Origin: an uncultured virus (IMG/VR IMGVR_UViG_3300004686_000002)
Taxonomy: Duplodnaviria; Heunggongvirae; Uroviricota; Caudoviricetes
Direction: 5' to 3' (one strand)
IMG/VR virus record: IMGVR_UViG_3300004686_000002
Span: 62,001-126,000 of that record
Length of the DNA: 64,000 nt
Translations under genes and position numbers: made by a program
Notes under the pieces: generated by a model
The model's database searches: none
The model's input: the letters and a program-made list of their open reading frames with translations, nothing else
Told to the model about the DNA's origin: nothing
In this document: positions 21,201 through 29,725 of the stretch, piece by piece
Layout: each line of letters opens with the position of its first letter
Numbering within the stretch: the stretch's first letter is position 1

Positions 21201-21507
21201 ATGCTGCGAGCGGGAAATATGTAGCTACAACGTTTTCGAAAAATACCTTGGTATATGAAGAGTCAACAAAAGTGCCAGCAACCACACCAGGAACGGCGTA
21301 GAGCACCGTAGAAGCAGGCTGATATGCATTACCTAAGCTAGGTGTTGTGGGGTGAACAACTTCGGTATTCGGCTTCTCAGAGGCTACGTTATATCTAGCC
21401 AAATTGAACTGAGGACCGATAATGAAGGCCGCTAACGGATTTGTTGTATAAACAGGGATCTGGGTGAACTCCTGCTGAATTAATACTTTTGGTACGATGT
21501 ATGCCAT
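18274..21507 (-). CDS. Contractile tail sheath protein with large inserted domains
   Basis: MAYIVPKVLIQQEF start; C-terminus YFLAAALAGLRSG...HQGLTN...RHQLTT...VPYPLNYINLTL; AGGAG RBS. Confidence 0.85.
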   Translation of the reverse strand: MAYIVPKVLIQQEFTQIPVYTTNPLAAFIIGPQFNLARYNVASEKPNTEVVHPTTPSLGNAYQPASTVLYAVPGVVAGTFVDSSYTKVFFENVVATYFPLAAFNVAPQSNQTKVGLVTAPSSNKYPNRLKWNPQNSYYSSSALQSQYGYTRSTYFSNRDVQVGDVVSIIDDSGNSLTSQITGLIRDTYRENSSLSASVGSPVFSSTSGSVANPATNIFTDSTVVFTQANVGQFLTVTAATAPSGETAAIAGTTYRIVGIQSVHSVVLDRVFGEPIPGITTGSGITYHINGNFEDPSNIGINNILNPSSATYAWAGATTAPSAPNFTVAATYSATWVGHKALRIMGDTIKVTVASGTNVSNATFNVVSSNGAFVPVSGVAATGVGSGGTETWTLVIDTDDAGNTITLTFPNSASISNAFSVGMSWSLTFQAPTVNAAYTTAGTYTGVNNTVYKITVIRGGNFYDPSLNGGAGNANTCAQVAITADNGDSSPAVLVPLNSAITVGNYGVAATFTAGTTSGAAGLVAGDIYYITAQAASLGAVNVIQIADNLPSAILNASNPNIYLTLSLNQASTQIPPIKNLTTGTHNWQSLGGNEIQINSGVVTTDPGIIFGGVPLPLTITSANIYVEHRDLTTVNSVSIGSVNNEADVTKYLGTVHPDNPLAQGVYNAVLNSNDASVYYIGLISNDLAGYNYAIGVAQKSDKVYGFVPLTFDEAVQEAVVSHVNAYSTPQVGLWRVAWLSIQDKHTAVLYGPGSILDQATNMANPSSPTAWVGTITADPLAANTQNTLLTVSGATFITDGIRPGDSIRMNFSTDSQGNQTYQEYAVAQVRSQTTLVIATQLPAPLVAPVLIEIIRNYTLDERAQNLADIGGSYMNRRVRVVFPDTYGFNGQQYDGYFLAAALAGLRSGVVPHQGLTNTQILGADDLSKVVNVYTQDQLNVMAERGIWLVTQEIVGAVPYVRHQLTTDSTNLNTSEDSITTNVDSISYGLKSRLSPYIGTYNINPANIQVIRDAIINQMNFYATQTYTVRAGNQLVSFTPATDILEIQQDPTYLDRIDVKLQLHVPYPLNYINLTLVV

Positions 21508-21533
21508 ATTTTTCTCCTGGATTGTTATTTATA

Positions 21534-21562
21534 ATTTTAGATTAATCTTCTACTGCTTGCAA
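21534..21562 (-). promoter_or_regulatory. Sigma70-like promoter of the sheath gene
   Basis: TTGCAA-N17-TAAAAT. Confidence 0.65.
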
Positions 21563-21576
21563 TATTATTTTCCCAC

Positions 21577-22281
21577 TTATTGATTTAGAAGTGGAGATTC
21601 TGCACAATTTGTAAACACGGTAAAGCTCACTGTTTTCAATTTTAAATGATCTCCCGTAATTGTAAAGCCCATATCGAACGCCGTGAATAAATTTAATGTT
21701 ACGGCATAGTGTTCTTTAGATTCTAAGTACAAAGAAGGGCTAGACATAGAGTCGATTCTAAATTTTCTTAAAAAGAAATCTCTCCTTATTTCTTCTGCAT
21801 GATCTAAATAAACCCTAGATAAATACTGGGCGAACTGCTCTGCAAAACCTATATTAGTGGCCACCACTGTTACTTGTACAGGCATTTGCAATATAGCTAA
21901 TTTTTCTTTTTGTGACTCTTTTGAATTTCCGCCTATTTGCTGATTAAATGTGGGATGATCGTATCTTGCGTCCCCTCTACTTATAAAAACAGCTGGTCTT
22001 TTTTGTACCACGTCATCTCTATAATTGTATGCAATATCTAAAAATATTTCTGATTTTTTAGGGTCTCTATCAAATTTTTGAGAAAATACAAACCCCTGAC
22101 TTTGTGGGGTATTAGAGAGCATGTAATTAGCTGCCATTTCATAACAAATATTCTGCACCGTCCACGGATTTAAAACTAAATTTTTATTAGTGTACGGTTG
22201 AGGCATTTCTCTCAAAAAAGGAGAGGTGTAGCCTACCAATGGGGGGCAAACTAAATTATCTTCGTTACTCATATAGGTCAA
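21577..22281 (-). CDS. Tail terminator/neck protein (putative)
   Basis: 234 aa upstream of the sheath; VQKRPAVFISRG. Confidence 0.5.
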   Translation of the reverse strand: MTYMSNEDNLVCPPLVGYTSPFLREMPQPYTNKNLVLNPWTVQNICYEMAANYMLSNTPQSQGFVFSQKFDRDPKKSEIFLDIAYNYRDDVVQKRPAVFISRGDARYDHPTFNQQIGGNSKESQKEKLAILQMPVQVTVVATNIGFAEQFAQYLSRVYLDHAEEIRRDFFLRKFRIDSMSSPSLYLESKEHYAVTLNLFTAFDMGFTITGDHLKLKTVSFTVFTNCAESPLLNQ

Positions 22282-23074
22282 CAGGCACTTGAATTTGATA
22301 TATAGTATCAGTGGGTGGGATAAGGCGCAATGTTACTTTCTGACTAACTGGAATACCCGTGCCTGGAAAATAAGTAATACCTTTTGAAAGTACATCGTAT
22401 CTAAATCCGTCTATGTTCGTACATATCACATCTCTTACATCTAGTGAAGGATATCCAGGAAATCTTGCTATGGTATCTGCTGTTTCCTTAACGCCAAGAC
22501 CACTAGGATCCATTTGTTTATCTAGCTGGGCGGTATCTATAACGTATGTGCATGGAACTGGTGAAAAATATCCTCCAGCTATACCTATACCCAGATCTTG
22601 ATTTCTTTCGTCCGCGATGGGTACACCAGAAACAGGGTCTACGGTTGGAGTAGAAACTGCTCCGTAAGTCTTTTTCTTTAGTAGCCAGGCCTCGTGACCG
22701 GCAAAACGAGATAATAAAAATTCTTTCCTTAATATCTCACTAGCCATCGCATATCTGCGCTGCTCTGTACTCGTATGACCAAAAATAATAGAATTTGAAT
22801 AATACTGTTTATTGTCTCCTGTGACTAATAAGATTCTATAATTATAATTTAAAGACCAAGACTGCTTTTGATTAGAATTATCAACAGCAAAAAAATTATC
22901 TCCTACAGAAATTTGATATTCTATTTCACTAAAATCTAAAGCCTGACTTACTTGCAGTGTAAAATTATAAGGCAGAGGAGCATTAAAAAAAGGATCAAGT
23001 TCCCATTGAATAAAATGACCTCTGACAAAATCAGGAATCATGAAAATCTTAGAAAAAACTTCAGTGCCGTTCAT
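22265..23074 (-). CDS. Neck/head-closure protein (putative)
   Basis: 269 aa between capsid and sheath; GIGIAGGYFSP...YPSLDVRDVI. Confidence 0.5.
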   Translation of the reverse strand: MNGTEVFSKIFMIPDFVRGHFIQWELDPFFNAPLPYNFTLQVSQALDFSEIEYQISVGDNFFAVDNSNQKQSWSLNYNYRILLVTGDNKQYYSNSIIFGHTSTEQRRYAMASEILRKEFLLSRFAGHEAWLLKKKTYGAVSTPTVDPVSGVPIADERNQDLGIGIAGGYFSPVPCTYVIDTAQLDKQMDPSGLGVKETADTIARFPGYPSLDVRDVICTNIDGFRYDVLSKGITYFPGTGIPVSQKVTLRLIPPTDTIYQIQVPVDLYE

Positions 23075-23310
23075 TTGTTTTTATTGATGGGAAATACATT
23101 ACTCATAATAGCTCTAGCAATTATCCCTACCGGCGAAGTCAAATTATTTAAATAGCTAGAGTCATTTAAAATAACCATAGCTGGGTTTTTTTTAGCTGCA
23201 GCTGCGTATATTGCTCTTGTTAAAGCTCCTGGCTGTCTGCCGTTATTTATACCATCCAAAGCTTCTCCAAGCTTATTTAAGCCATCTGCAAATTTATTGT
23301 CGCCGTTCAT
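23071..23310 (-). CDS. Small hypothetical virion protein
   Basis: 79 aa, NKFADGL motif, ATGA overlap with the next gene. Confidence 0.5.
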   Translation of the reverse strand: MNGDNKFADGLNKLGEALDGINNGRQPGALTRAIYAAAAKKNPAMVILNDSSYLNNLTSPVGIIARAIMSNVFPINKNK

Positions 23311-23312
23311 AT

Positions 23313-23759
23313 TTACCCTATATCCCTGTAAATATATTCAGAGTTCTTTGTGCCGTAAACTTGAGCGATATTTTGGCTTATCCTTATGTTTTGCGCTAAC
23401 TCCTTAAACTCCGTCCATAATTGATTTCCAAGCTCTAAAAATATTTGCGCCTTGTCTTTGTCGTTAATTTGCACACCGTCAGCAGCATAACTGAATTGAT
23501 TACCTGCCTCGTTTATAGCTGCACTCCTCAATAAATAACCTGATGTACCTAACAGCAATAAACCTCTGAATGGAAACTTTTCTATTGTGTAATAAACTCC
23601 TATAGGTGGAAGCATTAAATTGAAATAATCAACTGTATTAATCATTGCTTGATTGATCATTTCCTGAGTCCAACGAATACCTAAAAGCAATGGATTTAGT
23701 TCCGCTCTGTCCATCATGAACAAACGTATTTCTTCTGGTGTGATTAGCGGGTTAGCCAT
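23313..23759 (-). CDS. Head-tail adaptor (putative)
   Basis: 148 aa helical protein, ITPEEIRLFM start, downstream of the capsid gene. Confidence 0.55.
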   Translation of the reverse strand: MANPLITPEEIRLFMMDRAELNPLLLGIRWTQEMINQAMINTVDYFNLMLPPIGVYYTIEKFPFRGLLLLGTSGYLLRSAAINEAGNQFSYAADGVQINDKDKAQIFLELGNQLWTEFKELAQNIRISQNIAQVYGTKNSEYIYRDIG

Positions 23760-23764
23760 TTGAT

Positions 23765-23998
23765 TTATTTAATTTTAGGGTTATTCAAGTTTGTGGCTGG
23801 TTTGGGCACAGATCCAGACATTGTGGTATTACCGCCTGGATTAACAGGAGCTGAAGTGATAGGAGCTCTTTTAAACGGCTGACCATTATTTATATTTGGG
23901 GTGACTAAATTGTTTTGTGGGGCGCTCATTTGAGTTCCTGCCGGAGTAGCTGTTTCAGCATACTTTAAAAAACTGTCTAGAATATCTATTGCCCTCAT
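23765..23998 (-). CDS. Small P/N/T-rich protein with KxA motif
   Basis: LDSFLKYAE followed by a low-complexity tail; has its own promoter. Confidence 0.55.
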   Translation of the reverse strand: MRAIDILDSFLKYAETATPAGTQMSAPQNNLVTPNINNGQPFKRAPITSAPVNPGGNTTMSGSVPKPATNLNNPKIK

Positions 23999-24004
23999 GG
24001 TTAC

Positions 24005-24033
24005 ATTATATCTTTATAGTTTGAGGTTGTGAA
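24005..24033 (-). promoter_or_regulatory. Sigma70-like promoter, probably leaderless
   Basis: TTCACA-N17-TATAAT-N6-ATG. Confidence 0.65.
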
Positions 24034-24036
24034 TAC

Positions 24037-24068
24037 AAAAAATTAGGGGGAGCCGAAGCTCCCCCTAA
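24037..24068 (-). terminator. Intrinsic terminator after the major capsid gene
   Basis: TTAGGGGGAGC-TTCG-GCTCCCCCTAA-TTTTTT. Confidence 0.9.
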
Positions 24069-24093
24069 CATATTTACAACTCTAAGATTAAGC

Positions 24094-25050
24094 TCAGGAG
24101 AACTGAATCTTAACAGCGCCCTTGACGTTGCCAATGGCGAGCGAGATGTTCATGTACTGGAAGTACTCGAGGAAGTAGGCTTCGTTTCTCATGAACACGG
24201 TGAGCGGCTGGAGTCTGTAGTACTTACCGAGGAACTCCTCAGAAGAGAAGAGATAGATAGTACCATCAGGAACCAAGTCACGCTTGATCGTGTAGATGGG
24301 CTTCACGCCAAGAAGAGTCTTGGAGGGAAGACCATTGATAAACGTTTCCTGGGCGAGGTCACCACCAACTTCAGAACGACCCATCTTAACGAAGTCGTCC
24401 GCAGTAACGGTGTTCATGAGCATAACGCCCTTGCTCTCTCCACCATCAGGCTGCGAGGCACCAAAGGGAACCTGGAGGCGCTTGATAACCTTGAAGGCTT
24501 CAGCCACAGACTCACGAGTGATACCGCCGGAGATGCTAACGTTCTGAGGAAGGCCGAGACCGTTCAGTGAGTTAGCTGTGTTGAGGGTACCAACAGAGCT
24601 GTTGATAGTGTTGATGAAGCTCGTGTCAATCTGCGTAGCGATATCCTTGGTGCTGAGCTCAAGCATGATAGCACGGATGTCGTAGTCGTATGTACGAAGC
24701 TTATCGATGTCCTTGCTGAACTTAGGCGAGAGGATGCGGCTGAAGTACGAAGGATAACGGGTACCCTTGAACTGGAAGGCATCAGGAACAACACCAAGCG
24801 GGACGGAAACAGCAGGGGCTGTATCAGGCTCGCGATCGTTCCACTTAACAAGGAGCTCGGGATCCTGGGCCTTATCGAGCTCATCATTGCTGAGATCGAT
24901 AGGGGTGAGGATCTTTTCAGCGAAGCTTTCTTCACGAAGCTTGTTGCGGGTGAACTGTTGAGCAGAAACAGCAGCCTGCTTCTCCTGTCCGGACTTCACC
25001 ATCTCAACGAATGTGTCGTTGAACACTTTTACATCAGCGATTTTTTCCAT
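24094..25050 (-). CDS. Major capsid protein (HK97/encapsulin-like fold inferred)
   Basis: 318 aa; LREESFAEKIL, KDIATQIDTSFI, VPDGTIYLF; strong C-ending codon bias; AGGAG RBS; follows protease, scaffold and decoration genes; strong terminator. Confidence 0.8.
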   Translation of the reverse strand: MEKIADVKVFNDTFVEMVKSGQEKQAAVSAQQFTRNKLREESFAEKILTPIDLSNDELDKAQDPELLVKWNDREPDTAPAVSVPLGVVPDAFQFKGTRYPSYFSRILSPKFSKDIDKLRTYDYDIRAIMLELSTKDIATQIDTSFINTINSSVGTLNTANSLNGLGLPQNVSISGGITRESVAEAFKVIKRLQVPFGASQPDGGESKGVMLMNTVTADDFVKMGRSEVGGDLAQETFINGLPSKTLLGVKPIYTIKRDLVPDGTIYLFSSEEFLGKYYRLQPLTVFMRNEAYFLEYFQYMNISLAIGNVKGAVKIQFS

Positions 25051-25069
25051 AATATTATATACTCCTTGA

Positions 25070-25567
25070 TTAGGCTGCGATTAATTTGATTCCGAGGAAC
25101 GCTGTGGTTGTTCCGATAGCGGAACCAGCAGCAGTGTTAGGGAGGTTGCGGATACCCTCAACAACTCCGACCTGCTTGGCGCTGGAAGAAGAAGTCGTGA
25201 TTAATCCTGATGCGTTAGCATAAACGGGTACACCAACAGCATAGTTTGAGTTGTTGATTGTGAGGGCAGCTACAGAGCTGTCTACCTCAACCACTGTGCC
25301 GCCATCGAGGAGATAAATTCCGATCGATCCGGTATTGATGGCGTCGCCATCACCAGTGTTGGGAGTTACGTTGTTGTTAAGCGTGTTTAATGAAAAGCCA
25401 ACGAGATCATTAGCGGGGGTTCCAGAAACACCTAAAAGAGCGGTGCCTGTGGAGGGATCCACGCGAACTACTTGGCCTGCGGTTACTGTCTGACTAGTTC
25501 CGAGCGTGACAACCTTGTCGGCTTGTCCCAAGCTAAGAGCTGGTCCTTTTTTGAAGTTAATAGCCAT
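25070..25567 (-). CDS. Capsid decoration protein (putative)
   Basis: 165 aa; YAVGVPVYANASGLIT...VGVVE resembles beta-tulip cement proteins; just upstream of the capsid gene. Confidence 0.65.
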   Translation of the reverse strand: MAINFKKGPALSLGQADKVVTLGTSQTVTAGQVVRVDPSTGTALLGVSGTPANDLVGFSLNTLNNNVTPNTGDGDAINTGSIGIYLLDGGTVVEVDSSVAALTINNSNYAVGVPVYANASGLITTSSSSAKQVGVVEGIRNLPNTAAGSAIGTTTAFLGIKLIAA

Positions 25568-25715
25568 AATTTTTTGATTTTGGTTTGTTGTTGTTTAATT
25601 TTGGTTTTCGCTTCTGCTACCTCATACTGGTACCGATCAGGGTATCACAAGTCGCATTGCCGAAGTTTTGTATATTTAATTATTACAAAATTTTATTACA
25701 GAGTCAAATATATTT

Positions 25716-26108
25716 TTACTCATCAAGAAGGTTATAATTTGAATCATAACCGAAAGCTTTACGCATCACAGGGTCAACGCTATCTCCTGCGGTTTTAACA
25801 GAAGCTACTTCTCCAAACGAGGAGACATCAGAAGCTTCACAAATCTTTTGAATGATCGTGGCGAGATACTTATGATCTTCTTTGGCCTTCTTAACAAAAC
25901 GACGCTTATCATATTCGTCGTTGATAAAGTCAGACTCATAAAGAGCATTAGCTGCAAGTTTGAGGGCGTGATTAAACTCTTCATCACACTGCGTGGTCTC
26001 AGAAGCGATTTTTTCGTTTACCTTGGACAGCTCTGCCTTAAGCTCACTAATTTCGGCTTGCGCTATTTTAACAAATTCTTCAATTTTGTTGAGCGTTTCC
26101 TTGTCCAT
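25716..26108 (-). CDS. Scaffold-like head protein
   Basis: 130 aa coiled coil with VKIA, EKIA, LKLA, VKTA. Confidence 0.55.
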   Translation of the reverse strand: MDKETLNKIEEFVKIAQAEISELKAELSKVNEKIASETTQCDEEFNHALKLAANALYESDFINDEYDKRRFVKKAKEDHKYLATIIQKICEASDVSSFGEVASVKTAGDSVDPVMRKAFGYDSNYNLLDE

Positions 26109-26247
26109 TGTTTTTGGTAGTTCTCTCTAGGAGGATTAAACTTTCAATATATTCTAAAACTTTTCTTTTGTCTGCGTCGGTAATTTTAGTCAAGGCTTTT
26201 AAGGCCTCTAGCTCTAAGGGGGATTGAACTCCTGTAGAGCTTTCCAT
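26080..26247 (-). CDS. Small hypothetical protein, 55 aa (below the ORF-track cutoff)
   Basis: MESSTGVQSPLELEALKALTKITDADKRKVLEYIESL...; fills the gap between two head genes. Confidence 0.45.
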   Translation of the reverse strand: MESSTGVQSPLELEALKALTKITDADKRKVLEYIESLILLERTTKNNGQGNAQQN

Positions 26248-26258
26248 TAAAGGATTAA

Positions 26259-27164
26259 TTACTTAGCGGCCTCAGACTTAAGACGCTCGAGAACGATGTT
26301 AGCAACCGTCTCAGCGAGCTTGGTCTGGAATTCGATAGACTCAGCGGCTTGCTTCTCTTGGGCTTCCTTGCTGAGAACAGTCTCGGCAAACTGAGAAAGC
26401 TCAGCGACCTTGGCCTTGAGGGCCTCGTTCTCCTTGGTGGCCTCTTCGAGAGCAGCCTGCTTTAAGATTTCTTCAAAATAAGCGGCACCAGCAGCCTCAG
26501 CCTGCTTCTCGCTATCTGCGGCAGTCTCGGTCTCGAGTTCCTGCGCAGCCTGAGCGATAAGAAGATCAAAATCTCTGCGACCAGCTTCTTTCATGAGCTC
26601 ACCATCAGCCTTTACGGTGGTGGAGGCTGTTTTAAGAAGAGCGGCGCAGAACTGGCGACCGAGTTCATAAGAAGCTACCTTGCTAGCAAGGGTCTCGACC
26701 TCTTCAGAGGCCTTCTTGACTTCAGCAGCGGGCTCGGCCTTATCGGAGCTTTCCTCCTGCTTGGCAGTGGTCTGCTCGAGCTTGTCTGCTCCCACTTCGT
26801 TCTTGTTCTCTGTCTCGTGCTTCTCCTCAACGGACTCAGGATGCGTGTCCTTGCCCGGCTCACCAACAACGGTGTCCTGAGCATCAGCATGCTTACGGAT
26901 GAGATTTAAAATTTCAGTGCCGAGAGTTTCAGCGGTCTTGGCGGTGGGCTTGGACTCGTCTTGGCTAGGAGCCTGATGATAGCTCTGAGGAAGATTTTCG
27001 GGACCCACGTTGTTTTTGTTAACGGTCTCGTGCTCTTCTTTAACGGAATGAGGATTCTGGGAGGCGGGTTCGCCAGTAACAGACTTCTGTGCTTCCTCGG
27101 CTTGCTTCTTAACCAGCGAGTGGAGCTGGGTTAATACTTCGGCGTGTTTTGTTAATTTGCCCAT
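26259..27164 (-). CDS. Prohead scaffold/core protein
   Basis: 301 aa A/E/K-rich; internal duplication (PHSVKEEHETVNKNNVG vs PESVEEKHETENKNEVG); many KxA motifs; high-expression codon bias. Confidence 0.65.
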   Translation of the reverse strand: MGKLTKHAEVLTQLHSLVKKQAEEAQKSVTGEPASQNPHSVKEEHETVNKNNVGPENLPQSYHQAPSQDESKPTAKTAETLGTEILNLIRKHADAQDTVVGEPGKDTHPESVEEKHETENKNEVGADKLEQTTAKQEESSDKAEPAAEVKKASEEVETLASKVASYELGRQFCAALLKTASTTVKADGELMKEAGRRDFDLLIAQAAQELETETAADSEKQAEAAGAAYFEEILKQAALEEATKENEALKAKVAELSQFAETVLSKEAQEKQAAESIEFQTKLAETVANIVLERLKSEAAK

Positions 27165-27191
27165 AATGTTATGTTCTCCTATTGTTTTTTT

Positions 27192-27220
27192 ATTTTAGTT
27201 TAGTTTTAGTTGTTTGTAAA
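27192..27220 (-). promoter_or_regulatory. Sigma70-like promoter
   Basis: TTTACA-N17-TAAAAT followed by an AGGAG RBS. Confidence 0.6.
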
Positions 27221-27227
27221 TAGCTAA

Positions 27228-28232
27228 TTATTCCTTACTTTCTCTACCTGCAACGATTCCCGCCCCGCCAACACTAGCAGCACCTAAGCCGATAGCTTTC
27301 TTGGGGTGTTTCTTCACAAGGTCTTTAGTATCGCTGTATACATCTTTGAGAGCAGTGGCTCCGCGTCTCAGGGTATTTGTAACAGCCGAACCCGCGGTCT
27401 CAGCTAAACCGCTCTCTTTTTCCATAGCTTCTTTTACAACCTGAAGTGCCTCGGCGTCGGATAAACCGTATTCGCGAGCACGTTCTAAAACTCCTTCATA
27501 ATAAGCGGCGGTCTTTTCTTCTTGCTTTTCTTTTTCCTTCTTGGATTTGCATTCATCGCAAGTTCCGCCACATTCACACTCTTTTTCGGCCTTCTTTTCT
27601 TCCGAATCCATAGACTTATTTTCACCCGCGGGAGAAGCCTTGTGCTCGCGGAGCTTTTTGAGGTCCTCTGCATCAATCTTACCATTATGATTTACGTCAA
27701 GCTTCTTCTGACCGCCGACGAGCTCACTTTGCTTCAGTTGATTGAATGTGGTGGTGAAAGCTGAGTCATAGAGCTCTACAGCTTCCTTCAGCCCAATACC
27801 ACGACCAACGGCTTGTGTTAAAAATCCCTCAACGTAGCTGGCGGACTTGATAAAATTAATAGCGCTCTGCTTGCCGAGCGTGGCTTCATCAGCTCCTGGA
27901 TGCGGGGCTAATTGCTCAGCAACTTCTGGGTGCTGAGAAAGCTGCTGTTCGATCCCTGCAGCAACATTAGGAATTTGTTCGGCCTCTTCAGAATGACCAG
28001 TGCCCTGCTGTTCTTGCGCGACTTCAGCAAGGAGATGTTCTAACTCTTCAGGAGAGAGTTGGGAAAGCATCTCTTCAAGTTCTTCCTCGTGAGGAATTCC
28101 ACCTTCATGATGGGGAGCAGCTTCATGCGCCTCTTCTCCGCCATGCTGAGCAAGCAATTCTTGAATTTTAGCGTCGTCCATTCCTGCGTCTTTAGCGGCC
28201 TTAACAAAGCCAATTAAAAAATTTTCGTTCAT
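27228..28232 (-). CDS. Acidic prohead core/internal protein
   Basis: 334 aa; three GF-type repeats, EF-hand-like DVNHNGKIDAED, CECGGTCDEC, C-terminal Gly-rich segment. Confidence 0.6.
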   Translation of the reverse strand: MNENFLIGFVKAAKDAGMDDAKIQELLAQHGGEEAHEAAPHHEGGIPHEEELEEMLSQLSPEELEHLLAEVAQEQQGTGHSEEAEQIPNVAAGIEQQLSQHPEVAEQLAPHPGADEATLGKQSAINFIKSASYVEGFLTQAVGRGIGLKEAVELYDSAFTTTFNQLKQSELVGGQKKLDVNHNGKIDAEDLKKLREHKASPAGENKSMDSEEKKAEKECECGGTCDECKSKKEKEKQEEKTAAYYEGVLERAREYGLSDAEALQVVKEAMEKESGLAETAGSAVTNTLRRGATALKDVYSDTKDLVKKHPKKAIGLGAASVGGAGIVAGRESKE

Positions 28233-28258
28233 ATGTTTTTCTGTAAGGATTGTTTTAT

Positions 28259-28287
28259 ATACTATCTGATATTTATTTATGTTCCAA
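28259..28287 (-). promoter_or_regulatory. Sigma70-like promoter
   Basis: TTGGAA-N17-TAGTAT. Confidence 0.55.
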
Positions 28288-28294
28288 GTTTTTT

Positions 28295-29725
28295 TTAACG
28301 ATTTTGAATGAGTGCATTTAAAATCGTTTGATCGTCTAATTTACCGCACTCATCCATATAACGCAATGCCGCTAATTTATAGCTCAAGTATTGATGAGCT
28401 AATTCGTCAGCAGCTGCATTTTTTTCAACCTCTTCAGAATGAGGCGAGGGCTTTAAATCACCAGGAATTCTCTTGATGATTGTGATGCGCATCACTCTTC
28501 CGTGTGCAGGCTGATCGAATAAAGAATGCCCGTTGAAAAGACCGCTGACAAGATCTTTTATTTCTCTTGGAATAATCCCCATTTCCTGGGGGTCAAATTT
28601 TTCATTATTAACTATCTTGTTTTCAACATCGTCATCTTTCTCCATAGCAGAAAAACCAGAAGGAAGACGCTTTTTCATCTTATCTATGATTTTGCTGTCT
28701 TTAAGATGATCTCCAAAAAGATACTTTACAAAGTCAGTGGGCGAAAAAATTATCCCGTGCTCTGCGAGTACCTTTAGTAGTTTACCTGGTTCTTGCTTAC
28801 GAAGCTCATCTATCGTTTCGTCAGAAATTCCATCAGCATGATTTATTTTTGACGCCTCATGAGCAATGTATTTTTCAGAAGAATCCTTTGGGCCCTTTGT
28901 GGCAATTCCTTCTATATGTTTCTCCATCTCGGCTAACTTACCAACAAGATGACGTTTATCACTTGCCTTTTTAGATATAAGGAAATCTTGAGCGTCAGAA
29001 GGTATTGAAAAATCTGTATATATCTTTAAATAATCTGCGGTAAGCTTAGGAGCATACTCAGAGGCTAATTTAAGAGACATACCTATTCTGTCCGCGGGTC
29101 TCCCTACAATGGATAATTCAAACCAATGGGGATTAACGTTGTCCATTCCGCACATTTCACCACGTTTGTTAAGCTCGCCTATTTGTCTAGGGATATGCTC
29201 ACAACGCCCACGATCATCTTTGGCTTCATGTCCGCACCAAGTGCAAATATCACTAGCTACTTTAGCCGCCATAGACACATTGATTTGCTGCCCCTCTGAA
29301 AGTTTTTGAATTTCTTCAGCGCACTTATCGTTGTCCAGCCCCACAATAAGCTCAATCCTTTTCATGTCAGGATTATATGCTGCGGCTTTTATATTTCCGT
29401 ATTTAGGATCGTGGGGCTTATTTTTATGGTGGCGATTTATAGCCCTTCCGTCATATTTACCATCCTTATCCTTACTGCCGGATTTAATAAATGTTCTATA
29501 ATGCTTTAAGCACTCAGCCTCTTTAAAAAGATCTCCATTTCTGTTTTGCCCTATGCCTTCATAAGCTCCCAGAGCAATAACATGCACATCTGTCTGATTG
29601 GCCGTTTTTTCAACTTTAAGTTCATCCTGAACAGCTGCTAATTTTTTTAAATCAGCAGATTCATTAACAATATTTACAGGAGGAACATCAAAGTTCCAAT
29701 CAGAAGTAGAATTAAATTTAATCAT
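28295..29725 (-). CDS. Prohead maturation protease (putative serine protease with Cys/His Zn motif)
   Basis: NRNGDLF, NRHH, VSMA, CTWCGH...CEH, FELSIVGRPAD; upstream of scaffold and capsid genes. Confidence 0.75.
   Translation of the reverse strand: MIKFNSTSDWNFDVPPVNIVNESADLKKLAAVQDELKVEKTANQTDVHVIALGAYEGIGQNRNGDLFKEAECLKHYRTFIKSGSKDKDGKYDGRAINRHHKNKPHDPKYGNIKAAAYNPDMKRIELIVGLDNDKCAEEIQKLSEGQQINVSMAAKVASDICTWCGHEAKDDRGRCEHIPRQIGELNKRGEMCGMDNVNPHWFELSIVGRPADRIGMSLKLASEYAPKLTADYLKIYTDFSIPSDAQDFLISKKASDKRHLVGKLAEMEKHIEGIATKGPKDSSEKYIAHEASKINHADGISDETIDELRKQEPGKLLKVLAEHGIIFSPTDFVKYLFGDHLKDSKIIDKMKKRLPSGFSAMEKDDDVENKIVNNEKFDPQEMGIIPREIKDLVSGLFNGHSLFDQPAHGRVMRITIIKRIPGDLKPSPHSEEVEKNAAADELAHQYLSYKLAALRYMDECGKLDDQTILNALIQNR

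Noticed and set aside
1..23759. Extracellular contractile injection system or tailocin
   Set aside because: Capsid, prohead protease, neck, tRNA and nucleotide-metabolism genes are contiguous, so a phage is the simpler reading.
24094..25050. Bacterial encapsulin nanocompartment
   Set aside because: The context of protease, scaffold, decoration, neck and tail genes indicates a viral capsid.
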